Of a stretch of 64,000 nucleotides of DNA, positions 49,281 to 58,930 are shown one piece after another (position 1 is the first letter of the stretch; every line of letters begins with the position of its first letter). Where the stretch lies: positions 65,301 to 129,300 of the forward strand of contig CAYVFE010000001.1 of assembly GCA_964450885.1 (NCBI GenBank), in the 5' to 3' direction. Position numbers and translations under genes: made by a program. The DNA comes from an uncultured Gammaproteobacteria bacterium. Its GTDB lineage: Bacteria; Patescibacteriota; Microgenomatia; Levybacterales; GWA1-39-11. The notes beneath the pieces were generated by a model that saw only the letters and a program-made list of their open reading frames with translations, did no database searches and was not told the origin of the DNA.

Positions 49281-49385
49281 TTTTACAAGTTACGGTTAGT
49301 CAGGCAGAAAAGGTAAAAAAGGATTTATTATTTTTAAGTTTTACCTTCTTGCCAGACTTTAAATGTTTTCTTTTAATTTTTTAAT

Positions 49386-49838
49386 ATGCATTGTCCATAC
49401 TGTAATAGTGACCAAACAGAAGTAGTAGAGACCAGGGTTTCTGATGAAGGAGTAAATATAAGACGCAGACGTCTTTGCAGTTCGTGTAGAAAACGTTTTA
49501 CGACCTATGAGAGGATTGAAAATATTACTCTTTTAGTGAAGAAGAAGGACAAGAGGACAGAGCAGTTTAGCCGCGAAAAATTAAAAGGAGGGATACTTAA
49601 ATCTTCTGAGAAGACTACCGTAACACCAAAGAACGTTGAAGATATAGTCGACGATGTCGAACGCGAACTTTTAGGAGGAGAGACTGTCGAAGTAGATAGC
49701 ACCAAAATCGGGAGGATCGTTGCTACAAGACTTAAGAAAATCGACAAAATCGCCTATATAAGATTTGCAAGCGTCTTCAAGCACTTTGTCGACGTAGAGG
49801 ACTTCGAGAAAGAGGTCAAAAAACTAATAAAAAATTAA
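49386..49838 (+). CDS. nrdR: Transcriptional repressor NrdR
   Basis: MHCPYC...RRRRLC..C.KRFTTYER, ATP cone, AYIRFASVF. Confidence 0.97.
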   Translation: MHCPYCNSDQTEVVETRVSDEGVNIRRRRLCSSCRKRFTTYERIENITLLVKKKDKRTEQFSREKLKGGILKSSEKTTVTPKNVEDIVDDVERELLGGETVEVDSTKIGRIVATRLKKIDKIAYIRFASVFKHFVDVEDFEKEVKKLIKN

Positions 49839-49839
49839 T

Positions 49840-52245
49840 ATGGATACACAACTGGACGGAATAAGAAAAAAAGTATTTTTAGATAGATACGCTTTAAAAG
49901 ATAAAGAAGGGACGCTTATCGAAAGCACTCCTGAGCAGATGTGGAGAAGGGTTGCAAAAGGAATAGCGCGCATCGAAAAAGTAAAAGATAGAGAAAAGTG
50001 GGAGGAAAAATTCTACAATGTCTTAACAGACTTCAAATTCGTTCCCGGAGGAAGAATCCTTTCGGGTGCTGGGACAGGATATGAGGTCACATACTTCAAC
50101 TGCTTCGTAATACCGTCTCCTAAAGACTCGAGAGAAGGAATCATAGATAGTCTTAAGCAATTAGTTGAGATCCAAAGCCGCTCCGGCGGAGTTGGCCTCA
50201 ATCTTTCATCTCTTCGACCCCGCGGTGCGAGGGTTAAAAAAGTTAATGGAACCTCGTCTGGCCCTGTCACCTGGGCGGGGCTTTTTTCATATGCGACGCA
50301 CGACGTCGTGCAGCAAGGCGGAACCCGCAGGGGTGCTACTATGCTTATGCTCTGGGATTGGCATCCTGATATCGAGGAGTTTATTACTGTTAAAGAGGAC
50401 CTGACGAAAATAAATGGAGCCAACCTATCAGTATGCGTAAGCGACGCCTTCATGAAGGCGGTAAAAGAAGACGGAGACTGGGATCTGGTGTATCCAGATC
50501 TTTCGGATCCTGATTATGATGAAAAATGGGACGGGGACATAACAGAATGGAAAGAGTCTGGAAGGAAAGTAAAACTATATAAGACCGTCAAAGCGCGGGA
50601 GCTTTGGGATAAGATCTGCACAGCTGCATGGAAATCGGCAGAGCCAGGGCTTCATTTCCTAGAGCGTTCAAACAAGCAAAGCAACACCTGGTATTTCGAA
50701 AAATTAATCGCGACAAATCCATGTGGAGAGCAGCCTTTGGGCGGATGGGCAGTATGTAATCTCGGAGCGATGAACTTGGCCCAGTATGTAAACGATAAGC
50801 AATTTGACTACGAGAATTTTTCACAGGATGTAAAGGTTGCTATGAGGCTTTTGGACAACGTGATCGATGATACGTATTACTTTTTTGAGCAAAACGAAAA
50901 ATGCGCCAAGGAAATCCGCAGGACAGGGTTGGGAATTATGGGTATCGCCGACGCGCTTATAAAAATGGAGCTTCGTTATGGAAGTGATGAGGCCCAAATC
51001 GTAATCGAAAAGATATTCAAGACGCTCCGCGACAACGCATATGATGCATCCTCAGATATAGCAAAAGAAAAAGGATCTTTTCCAAAATTTGATAAAGAAA
51101 AATATCTTCAGGGATATCATATAAAAGCTCTTCCTAAAAGAATCCGCGAAAAGATTGAGACGCAGGGGATAAGAAATGCAGTCCTTCTAACCATCGCTCC
51201 GACAGGAACCACGAGCTTGGTATCTGGAGTATCGTCCGGAGTGGAGCCTGTTTATGAGTTTGTCTTCAAGAGAAAGTGGAGAGGTGGAGAAGAGACTTTA
51301 TATCATCCACTATTCGAGCAATGGAAGAAAGAGAATCCAGACGCGGAAGTTCCAGAGTATTTTGTCTCAGCAAATGACCTGACGCCTATCGAACACGCAA
51401 AGGTGCAGGCTGTTGCGCAGAAATATATAGACTCGTCGATCTCAAAGACAGTCAATGCACCGAACGCACATACGATAGAAGACGTAAAGACTCTTTATAT
51501 GATGGCTTATGACATGGGGCTAAAAGGGATTACCTATATGAGAGACGGTTCGCGTCAGGGAGTCTTGGAGAGAATCGACGACAAGAAAAAAGAAGAAGAG
51601 GTCAAGAAACAGCCGATTCTAAAAAGACCATCAGTCCTGCACGGATTTACAGTAGAGAAAAAGACTCCTATCGGAAATACTTTCGTGACTATAAATCAGG
51701 ATGAGGATGGAAATCCATTCGAAGTATTTATGACCATGGGAAAGTCCGGATCCGATGTCGCAGCGATGGCGGAGGCTTTGGGCCGCACGATATCTCTTAT
51801 CCTCCGAATGCAAAGCCCTGTGGAGCACCGTGAGCGCATGCGTCAGATCGTTGCACAGTTGTCAGGCATAGGAGGACAGCGCAGCGTGGGATTTGGGGAA
51901 AATCGTGTCCGTTCACTTCCGGATGCAGTCGCAAAAACACTTGCCGAGGTCTATGAATTCAGGGTAAACGGCCGTGTAGAGGATAAGAATCCTGCAGGCG
52001 CAAATGGTAATGGCCACTCAAATGGTAATGGGAATGGTAACGGTTCTTACAAGAAGTTGACGTCATCTGCTCCAGTAGATATGCCTCTGGAGGATAATTC
52101 TGGTGTAGAGCCATCTTTGCAGACGATCGCTCCGATGTCAGAAGAAGCACATAACGGAGATATATGTCCAGAGTGTGGATCCGCAAGTTTCGTACATGAA
52201 GAAGGCTGCGCCAAGTGCTATGCATGCGGCCACGCCGAATGCTAG
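49840..52245 (+). CDS. nrdJ: Class II (AdoCbl-dependent) ribonucleotide reductase with fused TSCPD domain and zinc ribbon
   Basis: PGGRIL, NCF, ATNPCGEQPL, CNLG, TIAPTGTTS, ISKTVN, YMRDGSR; C-terminal CPECG..EEGC.KCY.CG. Confidence 0.93.
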   Translation: MDTQLDGIRKKVFLDRYALKDKEGTLIESTPEQMWRRVAKGIARIEKVKDREKWEEKFYNVLTDFKFVPGGRILSGAGTGYEVTYFNCFVIPSPKDSREGIIDSLKQLVEIQSRSGGVGLNLSSLRPRGARVKKVNGTSSGPVTWAGLFSYATHDVVQQGGTRRGATMLMLWDWHPDIEEFITVKEDLTKINGANLSVCVSDAFMKAVKEDGDWDLVYPDLSDPDYDEKWDGDITEWKESGRKVKLYKTVKARELWDKICTAAWKSAEPGLHFLERSNKQSNTWYFEKLIATNPCGEQPLGGWAVCNLGAMNLAQYVNDKQFDYENFSQDVKVAMRLLDNVIDDTYYFFEQNEKCAKEIRRTGLGIMGIADALIKMELRYGSDEAQIVIEKIFKTLRDNAYDASSDIAKEKGSFPKFDKEKYLQGYHIKALPKRIREKIETQGIRNAVLLTIAPTGTTSLVSGVSSGVEPVYEFVFKRKWRGGEETLYHPLFEQWKKENPDAEVPEYFVSANDLTPIEHAKVQAVAQKYIDSSISKTVNAPNAHTIEDVKTLYMMAYDMGLKGITYMRDGSRQGVLERIDDKKKEEEVKKQPILKRPSVLHGFTVEKKTPIGNTFVTINQDEDGNPFEVFMTMGKSGSDVAAMAEALGRTISLILRMQSPVEHRERMRQIVAQLSGIGGQRSVGFGENRVRSLPDAVAKTLAEVYEFRVNGRVEDKNPAGANGNGHSNGNGNGNGSYKKLTSSAPVDMPLEDNSGVEPSLQTIAPMSEEAHNGDICPECGSASFVHEEGCAKCYACGHAEC

Positions 52246-52285
52246 ATAGCTAGTTGCTAGCTATGTGAATTTAAGATAATATATC

Positions 52286-52362
52286 AAAGGTTAATTTAGG
52301 TAAGTAGGGTGTGATTCCCTCTCAGTGCCGCTACCGTAAAGACGGAAAACGAATTAACTTTT
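52286..52362 (+). ncRNA. Compact cobalamin riboswitch
   Basis: Closing stem AAAGGTTAATTT/GAATTAACTTTT; AGGTAA, AGGG-TGTGATT-CCCT T-loop hairpin, CCGCTACCGTAA; lies upstream of pduO. Confidence 0.75.
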
Positions 52363-52403
52363 ACGCTCGAGCAAGCATTTCTACAACCTAATCCAGACTG
52401 CAG

Positions 52404-52432
52404 AAATCCTTCTCGAGTAGAGGGATTTTTTT
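52404..52432 (+). terminator. Intrinsic terminator/sequestering hairpin (riboswitch expression platform)
   Basis: AAATCCTTCT-cgagt-AGAGGGATTT followed by a T run ending at the pduO ATG. Confidence 0.65.
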
Positions 52433-52987
52433 ATGGCTATTTATACAAAAAAAGGAGATAAAGGTAGGACATCTTTGGGAAATGGTGTTCGTGTGTGGAA
52501 AGACAGCAGGCGTGTGGATGCCTACGGTACAATAGACGAATTAAATGCGCTGCTGGGAGTTATCGAATCAGAGTTAAGCCTAATCAATAGGAAGTATGCA
52601 AAGTACGTAAGAGAAATCATAATAACTGTCCAGAACGACCTCTTTTGCATCGGTTCTTATCTTTCTAATCCTGCAAATCGTGAACTTATCTCCCATCTGT
52701 CTGAAAACACTCTAGAGTTTGAGAAAAAAATAGATGAGATGACGCAAAAGCTTCCTGAGCTCACGAACTTTATTCTTCCTGGAGGGACCATCGTTGGTGC
52801 GAATCTGCAGATAGCAAGAGCTGTCAGTCGTCGTGCTGAGCGAAAGCTGATAAGTCTTATCCGCCGCGAGAAAGTTAATCCTGATGTGGTCCAATATATA
52901 AATAGACTTTCAGATCTATTTTTCACGCTATCGCGTTTCACGAACTTTGAGGCAAAAAAGAAAGAGATTATCTGGAAAAAAAGATAA
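52433..52987 (+). CDS. pduO: Cob(I)alamin adenosyltransferase, PduO type
   Basis: IYTKKGDKGRT, AYGTIDELN, FILPGG, RAVSRRAER, YINRLSDLFF. Confidence 0.93.
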   Translation: MAIYTKKGDKGRTSLGNGVRVWKDSRRVDAYGTIDELNALLGVIESELSLINRKYAKYVREIIITVQNDLFCIGSYLSNPANRELISHLSENTLEFEKKIDEMTQKLPELTNFILPGGTIVGANLQIARAVSRRAERKLISLIRREKVNPDVVQYINRLSDLFFTLSRFTNFEAKKKEIIWKKR

Positions 52988-54109
52988 ATGGTAGAAGTAT
53001 TAAGAAATTTTGATATAGCCCACGAAGAAGCTCGAGTTCAAAAAGAGCTTTCGAATATCAGCTCATATGAAAGTTACCGCAAAAGACGCGATGCTCTAAT
53101 TTCTTATAACACTGACCAGATGATAACCAATCTTGGTGAGAGATTTAATGTCCTTTTGAGTAACTATGAATACGACATAAAAGATGGGCAGCTTTGGGGG
53201 AAGGATATGGACGAGCCAGCAATAGATTCTTTTGTGAGAGGAAGGGATTATAGGCGTGAACATGGAAAGCAGGTAGATTTTGGACGTGAAGAAGCTGAAG
53301 TAATCGGTTTTAAAAAAATTCAGGATATTATGACGGATGAAACTACACCTGAGGGTACGATTATGATGTCTGTATCTAGGCCGGGTCGTGCAGGGAGCAC
53401 ATACGAGCACAATTTTATAGATTTTCACACGAAAAAAACCGGAAAGGACGGGAGAGTTTATATGGAAAGCCAGAGGGTCAGCTCTGGACTTACAGAAAGT
53501 GAAACACTGGATAAAATCAGTGCGTTTGCGAAATTGGATATAGACGAAAACGACGTTGCAGCCTCACTTTTGGAGCAGCCAGTTATGATAACAGAGGGGC
53601 TTTCTATAGAAGACGTCAGGTTCTATCTTTATCGGGATCATGACTATATGGATGAAAGAGCTTTTGAGGTAATAAAAAATAGCGTCTCGCATTTGACAGC
53701 TGAGTACGCAAAAAGTTTAGTAGTTAGGCCCGATGACAGAAATTACCACAGGATTCTATTTAATACGATATTGAATAAAGCGGATGAGGTTGCCGAGGGG
53801 ATAAAGATAGATGGGATTGATCTCTGGCGTAATAGGATTCCGATTTCGACAGAGTATTATGTAAAGCAGGAAATAGAAAATTACGGCTATAATGAGGTGA
53901 AGGAGATAAGAGCTGGGTGTGGAGTATCGGGAGGGTTTGATATTGAACTTACTGAAAGCCCGCTTAGTGTCAGTGAATACGGTACAAAAAAAGATAAATA
54001 CGGCGAGCGGTCGTTTAAGTGTCCTGCCTGTAACAAGGAAAATGTGAGACCGCATAACAAGCTTTTGTCTCATTGTCAGCACTGTAGGAGTACGGAGGTG
54101 GCATGTTAA
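52988..54109 (+). CDS. Hypothetical protein with C-terminal zinc ribbon
   Basis: GCG.SG then DKYG.R.FKCPAC...NVRP......CQHC. Confidence 0.75.
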   Translation: MVEVLRNFDIAHEEARVQKELSNISSYESYRKRRDALISYNTDQMITNLGERFNVLLSNYEYDIKDGQLWGKDMDEPAIDSFVRGRDYRREHGKQVDFGREEAEVIGFKKIQDIMTDETTPEGTIMMSVSRPGRAGSTYEHNFIDFHTKKTGKDGRVYMESQRVSSGLTESETLDKISAFAKLDIDENDVAASLLEQPVMITEGLSIEDVRFYLYRDHDYMDERAFEVIKNSVSHLTAEYAKSLVVRPDDRNYHRILFNTILNKADEVAEGIKIDGIDLWRNRIPISTEYYVKQEIENYGYNEVKEIRAGCGVSGGFDIELTESPLSVSEYGTKKDKYGERSFKCPACNKENVRPHNKLLSHCQHCRSTEVAC

Positions 54110-54111
54110 TT

Positions 54112-54273
54112 ATGGATGACTGCGATAGATGTTATCAGATAATATGTGGAGGTTGCGGTTGGAAAGCGACAGACCGGGATATTCTTATGATCCAGGCGGG
54201 ATATATGAAAGAATGCCCTGATTGTGGATGGATGCCGGGAGATATTGTTGAAAATGAGGCTGAAATAACATAA
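54112..54273 (+). CDS. Small Cys-rich protein, 53 aa (not in ORF track)
   Basis: MDDCDRCYQIICGGCGWKATDRDILMIQAGYMKECPDCGWMPGDIVENEAEIT*; starts 2 nt after the upstream stop; GGAGGTG upstream. Confidence 0.65.
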   Translation: MDDCDRCYQIICGGCGWKATDRDILMIQAGYMKECPDCGWMPGDIVENEAEIT

Positions 54274-54393
54274 ATAACTTATAGTTTTAGTATGAGTTTG
54301 TGGACAACTTGCGGACAACCTAAATACCTAGTCTTATAGTTTTAGTTCAAAATATAATAAATAATTCTACCGAAAATATCTATAATTATAGAT

Positions 54394-55104
54394 ATGAAAG
54401 AGCTGCTTCTCTCGATACTTTTCCCTAAAAGATGCGTTAACTGTAAAAGATTCGGCAAATACATCTGTGATGACTGCTTTGCACGCATTCACTATCTGGA
54501 TTTTTCAAAGTGCATAGAGTGTATGAAGCCATCGGTCAGCAGTCTCACACACGCGAAGTGCAAGAGGAAAAATAGCATGGATGGAGTTTTTGTTGCAGTA
54601 GAGTATAAAAGCGTAATCAAAAAGGCAGTGTACTCCTACAAATACGAGCCCTATATTTATCATCTGGGCGAAATATTCTCTAGGCTGATGTATGAGTCTC
54701 TCGTTCAAAATGAAGTAGCGCAAAACGTGCTTTCGGTATCCTCTAATGTGTGGATAACTTGTGTACCGCTTCATGAAAAGAGGCTGCGAAAAAGAGGATA
54801 TAACCAGAGTGAAATATTAGGAAGGAAGTTGTCTGAAAAAATGAAATTACGCTTCAATTCGAATCTTCTCATACGCACTAGAAATACTATTGCCCAGTTC
54901 AAATTGAAAAAGGAGGAGAGGGCAAAAAATATAGTAGGTGCATTTGAGATCACGCCTAAATATAGTGAAAAAATGCGCGGGAAAACAATCTTTATAGTAG
55001 ATGATGTCTTTACGAGTGGTGCGACATTGCGTGAATGTGGAAAACTTTTGAAGAAAGCAGGCGCGAAAGCGGTCTACGGCCTCATATTCTCCATGGAACA
55101 GTAA
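54394..55104 (+). CDS. comF: ComF family phosphoribosyltransferase-like competence protein
   Basis: LFPKRCVNC double zinc ribbon, VPLH..R..KRGYNQSE, IVDDVFTSGATL. Confidence 0.92.
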   Translation: MKELLLSILFPKRCVNCKRFGKYICDDCFARIHYLDFSKCIECMKPSVSSLTHAKCKRKNSMDGVFVAVEYKSVIKKAVYSYKYEPYIYHLGEIFSRLMYESLVQNEVAQNVLSVSSNVWITCVPLHEKRLRKRGYNQSEILGRKLSEKMKLRFNSNLLIRTRNTIAQFKLKKEERAKNIVGAFEITPKYSEKMRGKTIFIVDDVFTSGATLRECGKLLKKAGAKAVYGLIFSMEQ

Positions 55105-55159
55105 TTTTTGAGTCTACCAGCTTGATTCTATAGGCCTATTTTAGTATAATATTCGTCCT

Positions 55160-55546
55160 GGGGATGTATTGATTCGACAGGATTTGTACTTTAAAAACTG
55201 CAAGCCGACAATGATACTAGTCGTAAACGCGTATCAAAAATACATGCTAAACCTAGTTTTAGCGGCGTAAAGCGATTTTTCGCTGATCGTATGCCAACAG
55301 CTAACCCTGTTGGTTATATGCCAGCTTTCGCATAAGCCTGTTCGCTCTCACTCGCTTCTCACACGAGAGAACGAGCATAAACCTGTGAGAAAACTTAACG
55401 GGATTGGTTGAACCGTTTCGTATAAAACCTTTGTCTGGCTTTTCCAGTTAGTAGGATCGAAATTAGACGAGATTAAATACTAACTAAGCTTGTAGATGTT
55501 TAGGAGACAAGTTTTGGACGCCGGGTCACACTCGGCCATCTCCACA
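55160..55546 (+). ncRNA. ssrA: tmRNA
   Basis: 5' GGGGATG..GATTCGAC, 3' GAC-GCCGG..TCGGC-CATCTCCA with G3-U pair; tag ORF ending PAFA*; TATAAT upstream; convergent with smpB. Confidence 0.92.
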
Positions 55547-55548
55547 TT

Positions 55549-56001
55549 TTAGATCAATTCTTTGAGTTCGCGTTCCTGTACGCGCTCTATAGCAGCTCTT
55601 TTGCTGTCTTTTCTTTTTTCGTAAGACTTTTTGCCTTTTGAGATCGCCACTTCTACTTTAAAATTTCCTTTACTTATGAATATCTTGAGAGGAACTAGGG
55701 TATAGTTACCAGTTTCGAGTTTGCTTTTTATCGCTTGAATTTCTTTTCTATGAAGCAGTAATTTTCTACTTCTGTCTTCCTGGTAGTTATCGATTCTTGA
55801 GAATTTGTAGGGGAAGATCTTTGCATTCACCAGAAAAGCCTCGCCACCTATGATTTTCACATAGGACGAGTTGAGGTCGACGTGGCCAGAACGTACAGCC
55901 TTTACCTCTGATCCTAAAAGGACGATTCCTGCGACCATTTTTTCATTTATCTGAAAATTTTTAGGTGCAGTTTTGTTAAATATCTTTATATTATCTTGCA
56001 T
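55549..56001 (-). CDS. smpB: SsrA-binding protein
   Basis: AGIVLLGSEVKAVR, RSRKLLLHRKEI, KGKKSYEKR. Confidence 0.95.
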   Translation of the reverse strand: MQDNIKIFNKTAPKNFQINEKMVAGIVLLGSEVKAVRSGHVDLNSSYVKIIGGEAFLVNAKIFPYKFSRIDNYQEDRSRKLLLHRKEIQAIKSKLETGNYTLVPLKIFISKGNFKVEVAISKGKKSYEKRKDSKRAAIERVQERELKELI

Positions 56002-56135
56002 CTAAGAAAGTATTATAACGCATTGCGCGGAGCAGAGGGGAGAGCAAAGTGCTAAAGTGAGGCTGCAATTACTATAGACTATATCATACTATAACACCGT
56101 TTCACAAGAATGTGGATAACTTTTCACGAGAATAA

Positions 56136-57962
56136 TTATAGGTCGTAGGAATAAACCTGATCATCTATGACCACGTATGCTTTGGTTTCATCAGGGCTTA
56201 CTGTAAATGATTTTGCTTTTTGTAAATCTAGGGAATTAAATTGTTTGACGATACTTCCACTGGTGCTTATTTGCGCTATGCTCGCGTTGTCTATATCGAG
56301 TATGTAGACATTGCCTAAATTTTCATTTGCATATAATAGGGCGTTTGGAGATATTTTTAGCGTAGGATCAAGCTCAAATTCGTCATTATTTGTACCTCGA
56401 GTGAATTTTCGGATATTGCCGTCGTCGGTCAATATATAAATTGAGCTATCAATCGCAAACGATATAGGTTTTCCAGAAAGATTTATATCATCTGAAAAAT
56501 AATTCGACTCGGAAAAGCTGCTCCCTGAATATTTTTTTACTACCTCTCCCCCATTATTTAACAAATAAATGTTGGAGCCAAAATATGAAATGTCGATAGC
56601 ATCCGCATCCTCAATTATCTCGCTTTTGTTGCCGTTTGATATAGTTATGCGGTTGACAGAGGTGCCCAGCAGATAAAGGTAGGTATCATCACTTATCATG
56701 CGCTTTATTTCTACATCTTCGAATTCTTCCTCAGACTCGATGTCTCCATCTGAGTTAAGTGCCGCGAAGCCTCTATTTCCAGCGATGATAAGATTGTCTC
56801 CGCTTTGTGATATCCCAGAAATACTATCCAGGACGTTGGAATCTGACGCATCAAAAATAACTGCCCCTGCGATTTGACTACCTCCGCCTAGCTCATCACG
56901 AAGATTTTTTAACTGACTCAACAGATCTGATAATTTTTTGTATTCCTCTGATCCTTGCGAAAATTTATCGAGATTATTTTCAATGTTACTGATTGCTTCA
57001 CTTACCTCCTCAAGCGCCCTGCCTCTATTTAGACTAGAAAGATTCTTTGCGCTTTCAAGCTTTTGTGAAGATGCATCATAAACGATATTGAATTGTTCGG
57101 AAGCAATCTTTCGTTGTTCCATATATTTTTCAGTAAATAAGCTTGCTAAAAGTAAAAATACTATAAGGATGGCAAAGATAATAATCCCCTTTTGTTTTTT
57201 AGAAATATTCCTAAATCTATTTTTGAAGCTTTCAAGTAGGCCCCGGTTTTTTATTTCACCACCATTTTCTTCCCGATCCTCAATAGTGTTTTTTCCGCTA
57301 TCTGTTATTTGCTCATGTTCGGATTCATGGATGGTAGTCTCAGAGGGATCAGATGTAGGAGTTGGCGGTATTGTGTGTTGGTTCGGATTTTTGAAATGGA
57401 CTATTATCGCGGCCTCTTCCCCTTTGGAATCTTCGAGGATAAAGGGGGCGATATCTTCAGCCAGTTTTTGGCTGTCATGACTACCAGTGTACTCGGCAAG
57501 TAATTTGTTTGATATTTTTTTATTGAATTCATTTGTCTGGAGGATTATCATGTCGTCCTGTCTTAATCTTCCGGAGAAGCCGATAATTTTATTCTGCTCT
57601 CCCCTAGCGACCTCAGCAAGGTTGTTGTCACGCTCGATGAGGACCACAGCTGAAGAGGCAGTTACTATGTATAGAATGTCGTCTTTGATAGCACCAATAA
57701 CAGCTGAGTAGTTGATATCATTTTCAAGAGGAGAGAAAACTTTTTCGACAGCATTTTTAATTTCCAAAAGATTTTTATCGTCGATTGCGAAAAATTCTCT
57801 CTGGATTTGCTCCAAGATATTTTTTCCTTTAGATATTATCCCTTCGCTTTCATTCGTCGAAGATAGTCCGAGTGCAATATACAGTTTGCCCGTTGAGCTC
57901 GCTTGCGACCAAGAAGTCTGACTAGGCGTGCCGACTATTTTTGAGATCAGTATGTCATTCAT
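56136..57962 (-). CDS. Degenerate PP2C-like domain, TM helix, extracellular beta-propeller
   Basis: FSGRLRQDDMIILQT...AAIIV PP2C-like strands; TM near aa 260-278; NIYLL, SFAIDSSIYIL, VYILD blades. Confidence 0.65.
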   Translation of the reverse strand: MNDILISKIVGTPSQTSWSQASSTGKLYIALGLSSTNESEGIISKGKNILEQIQREFFAIDDKNLLEIKNAVEKVFSPLENDINYSAVIGAIKDDILYIVTASSAVVLIERDNNLAEVARGEQNKIIGFSGRLRQDDMIILQTNEFNKKISNKLLAEYTGSHDSQKLAEDIAPFILEDSKGEEAAIIVHFKNPNQHTIPPTPTSDPSETTIHESEHEQITDSGKNTIEDREENGGEIKNRGLLESFKNRFRNISKKQKGIIIFAILIVFLLLASLFTEKYMEQRKIASEQFNIVYDASSQKLESAKNLSSLNRGRALEEVSEAISNIENNLDKFSQGSEEYKKLSDLLSQLKNLRDELGGGSQIAGAVIFDASDSNVLDSISGISQSGDNLIIAGNRGFAALNSDGDIESEEEFEDVEIKRMISDDTYLYLLGTSVNRITISNGNKSEIIEDADAIDISYFGSNIYLLNNGGEVVKKYSGSSFSESNYFSDDINLSGKPISFAIDSSIYILTDDGNIRKFTRGTNNDEFELDPTLKISPNALLYANENLGNVYILDIDNASIAQISTSGSIVKQFNSLDLQKAKSFTVSPDETKAYVVIDDQVYSYDL

Positions 57963-58189
57963 AGTGTTAATAGAATTGTAAGTATCAGAATAATTACAGC
58001 TCCTACATTCAAAAATCCAATCAGTTGGAATATAGGCGCAAATCCTTCTTGAGTTATTATCTTATTGTACGTTGTTATTTGGATAGATAAAACCAGTGCG
58101 TAGAATCCATAGATGATAAGTAATATCAAGATGACTATAGATACAAATGTATCTTGAGTAATTAAAGTGAAAAAATCTGGTAGTTGCAT
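57959..58189 (-). CDS. Small two-TM protein (DUF5657-like)
   Basis: Two hydrophobic helices with Y.FYALVL..QI; overlaps next gene by 4 nt. Confidence 0.6.
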   Translation of the reverse strand: MQLPDFFTLITQDTFVSIVILILLIIYGFYALVLSIQITTYNKIITQEGFAPIFQLIGFLNVGAVIILILTILLTL

Positions 58190-58193
58190 AAGT

Positions 58194-58877
58194 TTATTTA
58201 TGAGTCCTCAGCATATTTCCGATAATTTTTGCAATCCTTGCTGGTTGTGGTGCCCTGTCAAATTCTATATTTGGTTCTGCTCCTGCGGTTTGGATATAAA
58301 CATCACCAAAATTAAAAAGAGACGGCAAAAATCCCACCTGACTGTATTTAACATCTTGTATCAGATTTATTCTGCTTTCTGCAGTGTCTTTGTATAATAC
58401 TCCACGGATGTCAATATCCTTAATGCGTTTGTTCGTCACAATTCCGATATGGAAATACCACAGTGAAAATTTAGTTAACATAAATCCAAAAACAACCAGC
58501 AGATAGAATGCTATGAGTATAGTGGATTGGATGGGGGTCAGCGGGGCGATGGGTAAAGAGGCGATCATGAACGGGAATAGGATGGGGCCTATAATCGCCA
58601 GAAAGACACCGGTTGCAATCCAGGGTAGGTTGACTATAAAACGCCTTCTTATGAGAAGTATTATTTCCTCATCGTGTTCTTGGTTTATAAATTTTACATT
58701 TTTGGGGTAGTAACAATATGATGAATAGAAGTGGGGGGAGGATTTTTTTTCGGGTTTGACAAGTCCGTAGTCGTGTTCCTCCTTTACTGGTGTACTTTCT
58801 ATTGCGGTCGAAGCTTCGGCTGGCGATAGATTTTCTCCTTCCAGTTCAAATTCTCCAGATAAGGTATTTTCAGACAT
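58194..58877 (-). CDS. Membrane protein with bacterial PH domain
   Basis: FINQEHDEEIILLIRR, W...GIVTNKRIKDID, IQDV, FNFGDVYIQTAG. Confidence 0.8.
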   Translation of the reverse strand: MSENTLSGEFELEGENLSPAEASTAIESTPVKEEHDYGLVKPEKKSSPHFYSSYCYYPKNVKFINQEHDEEIILLIRRRFIVNLPWIATGVFLAIIGPILFPFMIASLPIAPLTPIQSTILIAFYLLVVFGFMLTKFSLWYFHIGIVTNKRIKDIDIRGVLYKDTAESRINLIQDVKYSQVGFLPSLFNFGDVYIQTAGAEPNIEFDRAPQPARIAKIIGNMLRTHK

Positions 58878-58930
58878 ATGGCTAATTATAGCAAATCAGC
58901 CGGTTATTAGCTGGGATTTTGGAGTTATGG

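Noticed and set aside
49840-52245. Intein or intron in nrdJ
   Set aside because: Core motifs are contiguous; extra length is explained by the TSCPD domain, GN-rich linker and zinc ribbon
54106-54318. 70-aa minus-strand ORF
   Set aside because: The plus-strand 53-aa CxxC ORF has better operon coupling, SD and motifs
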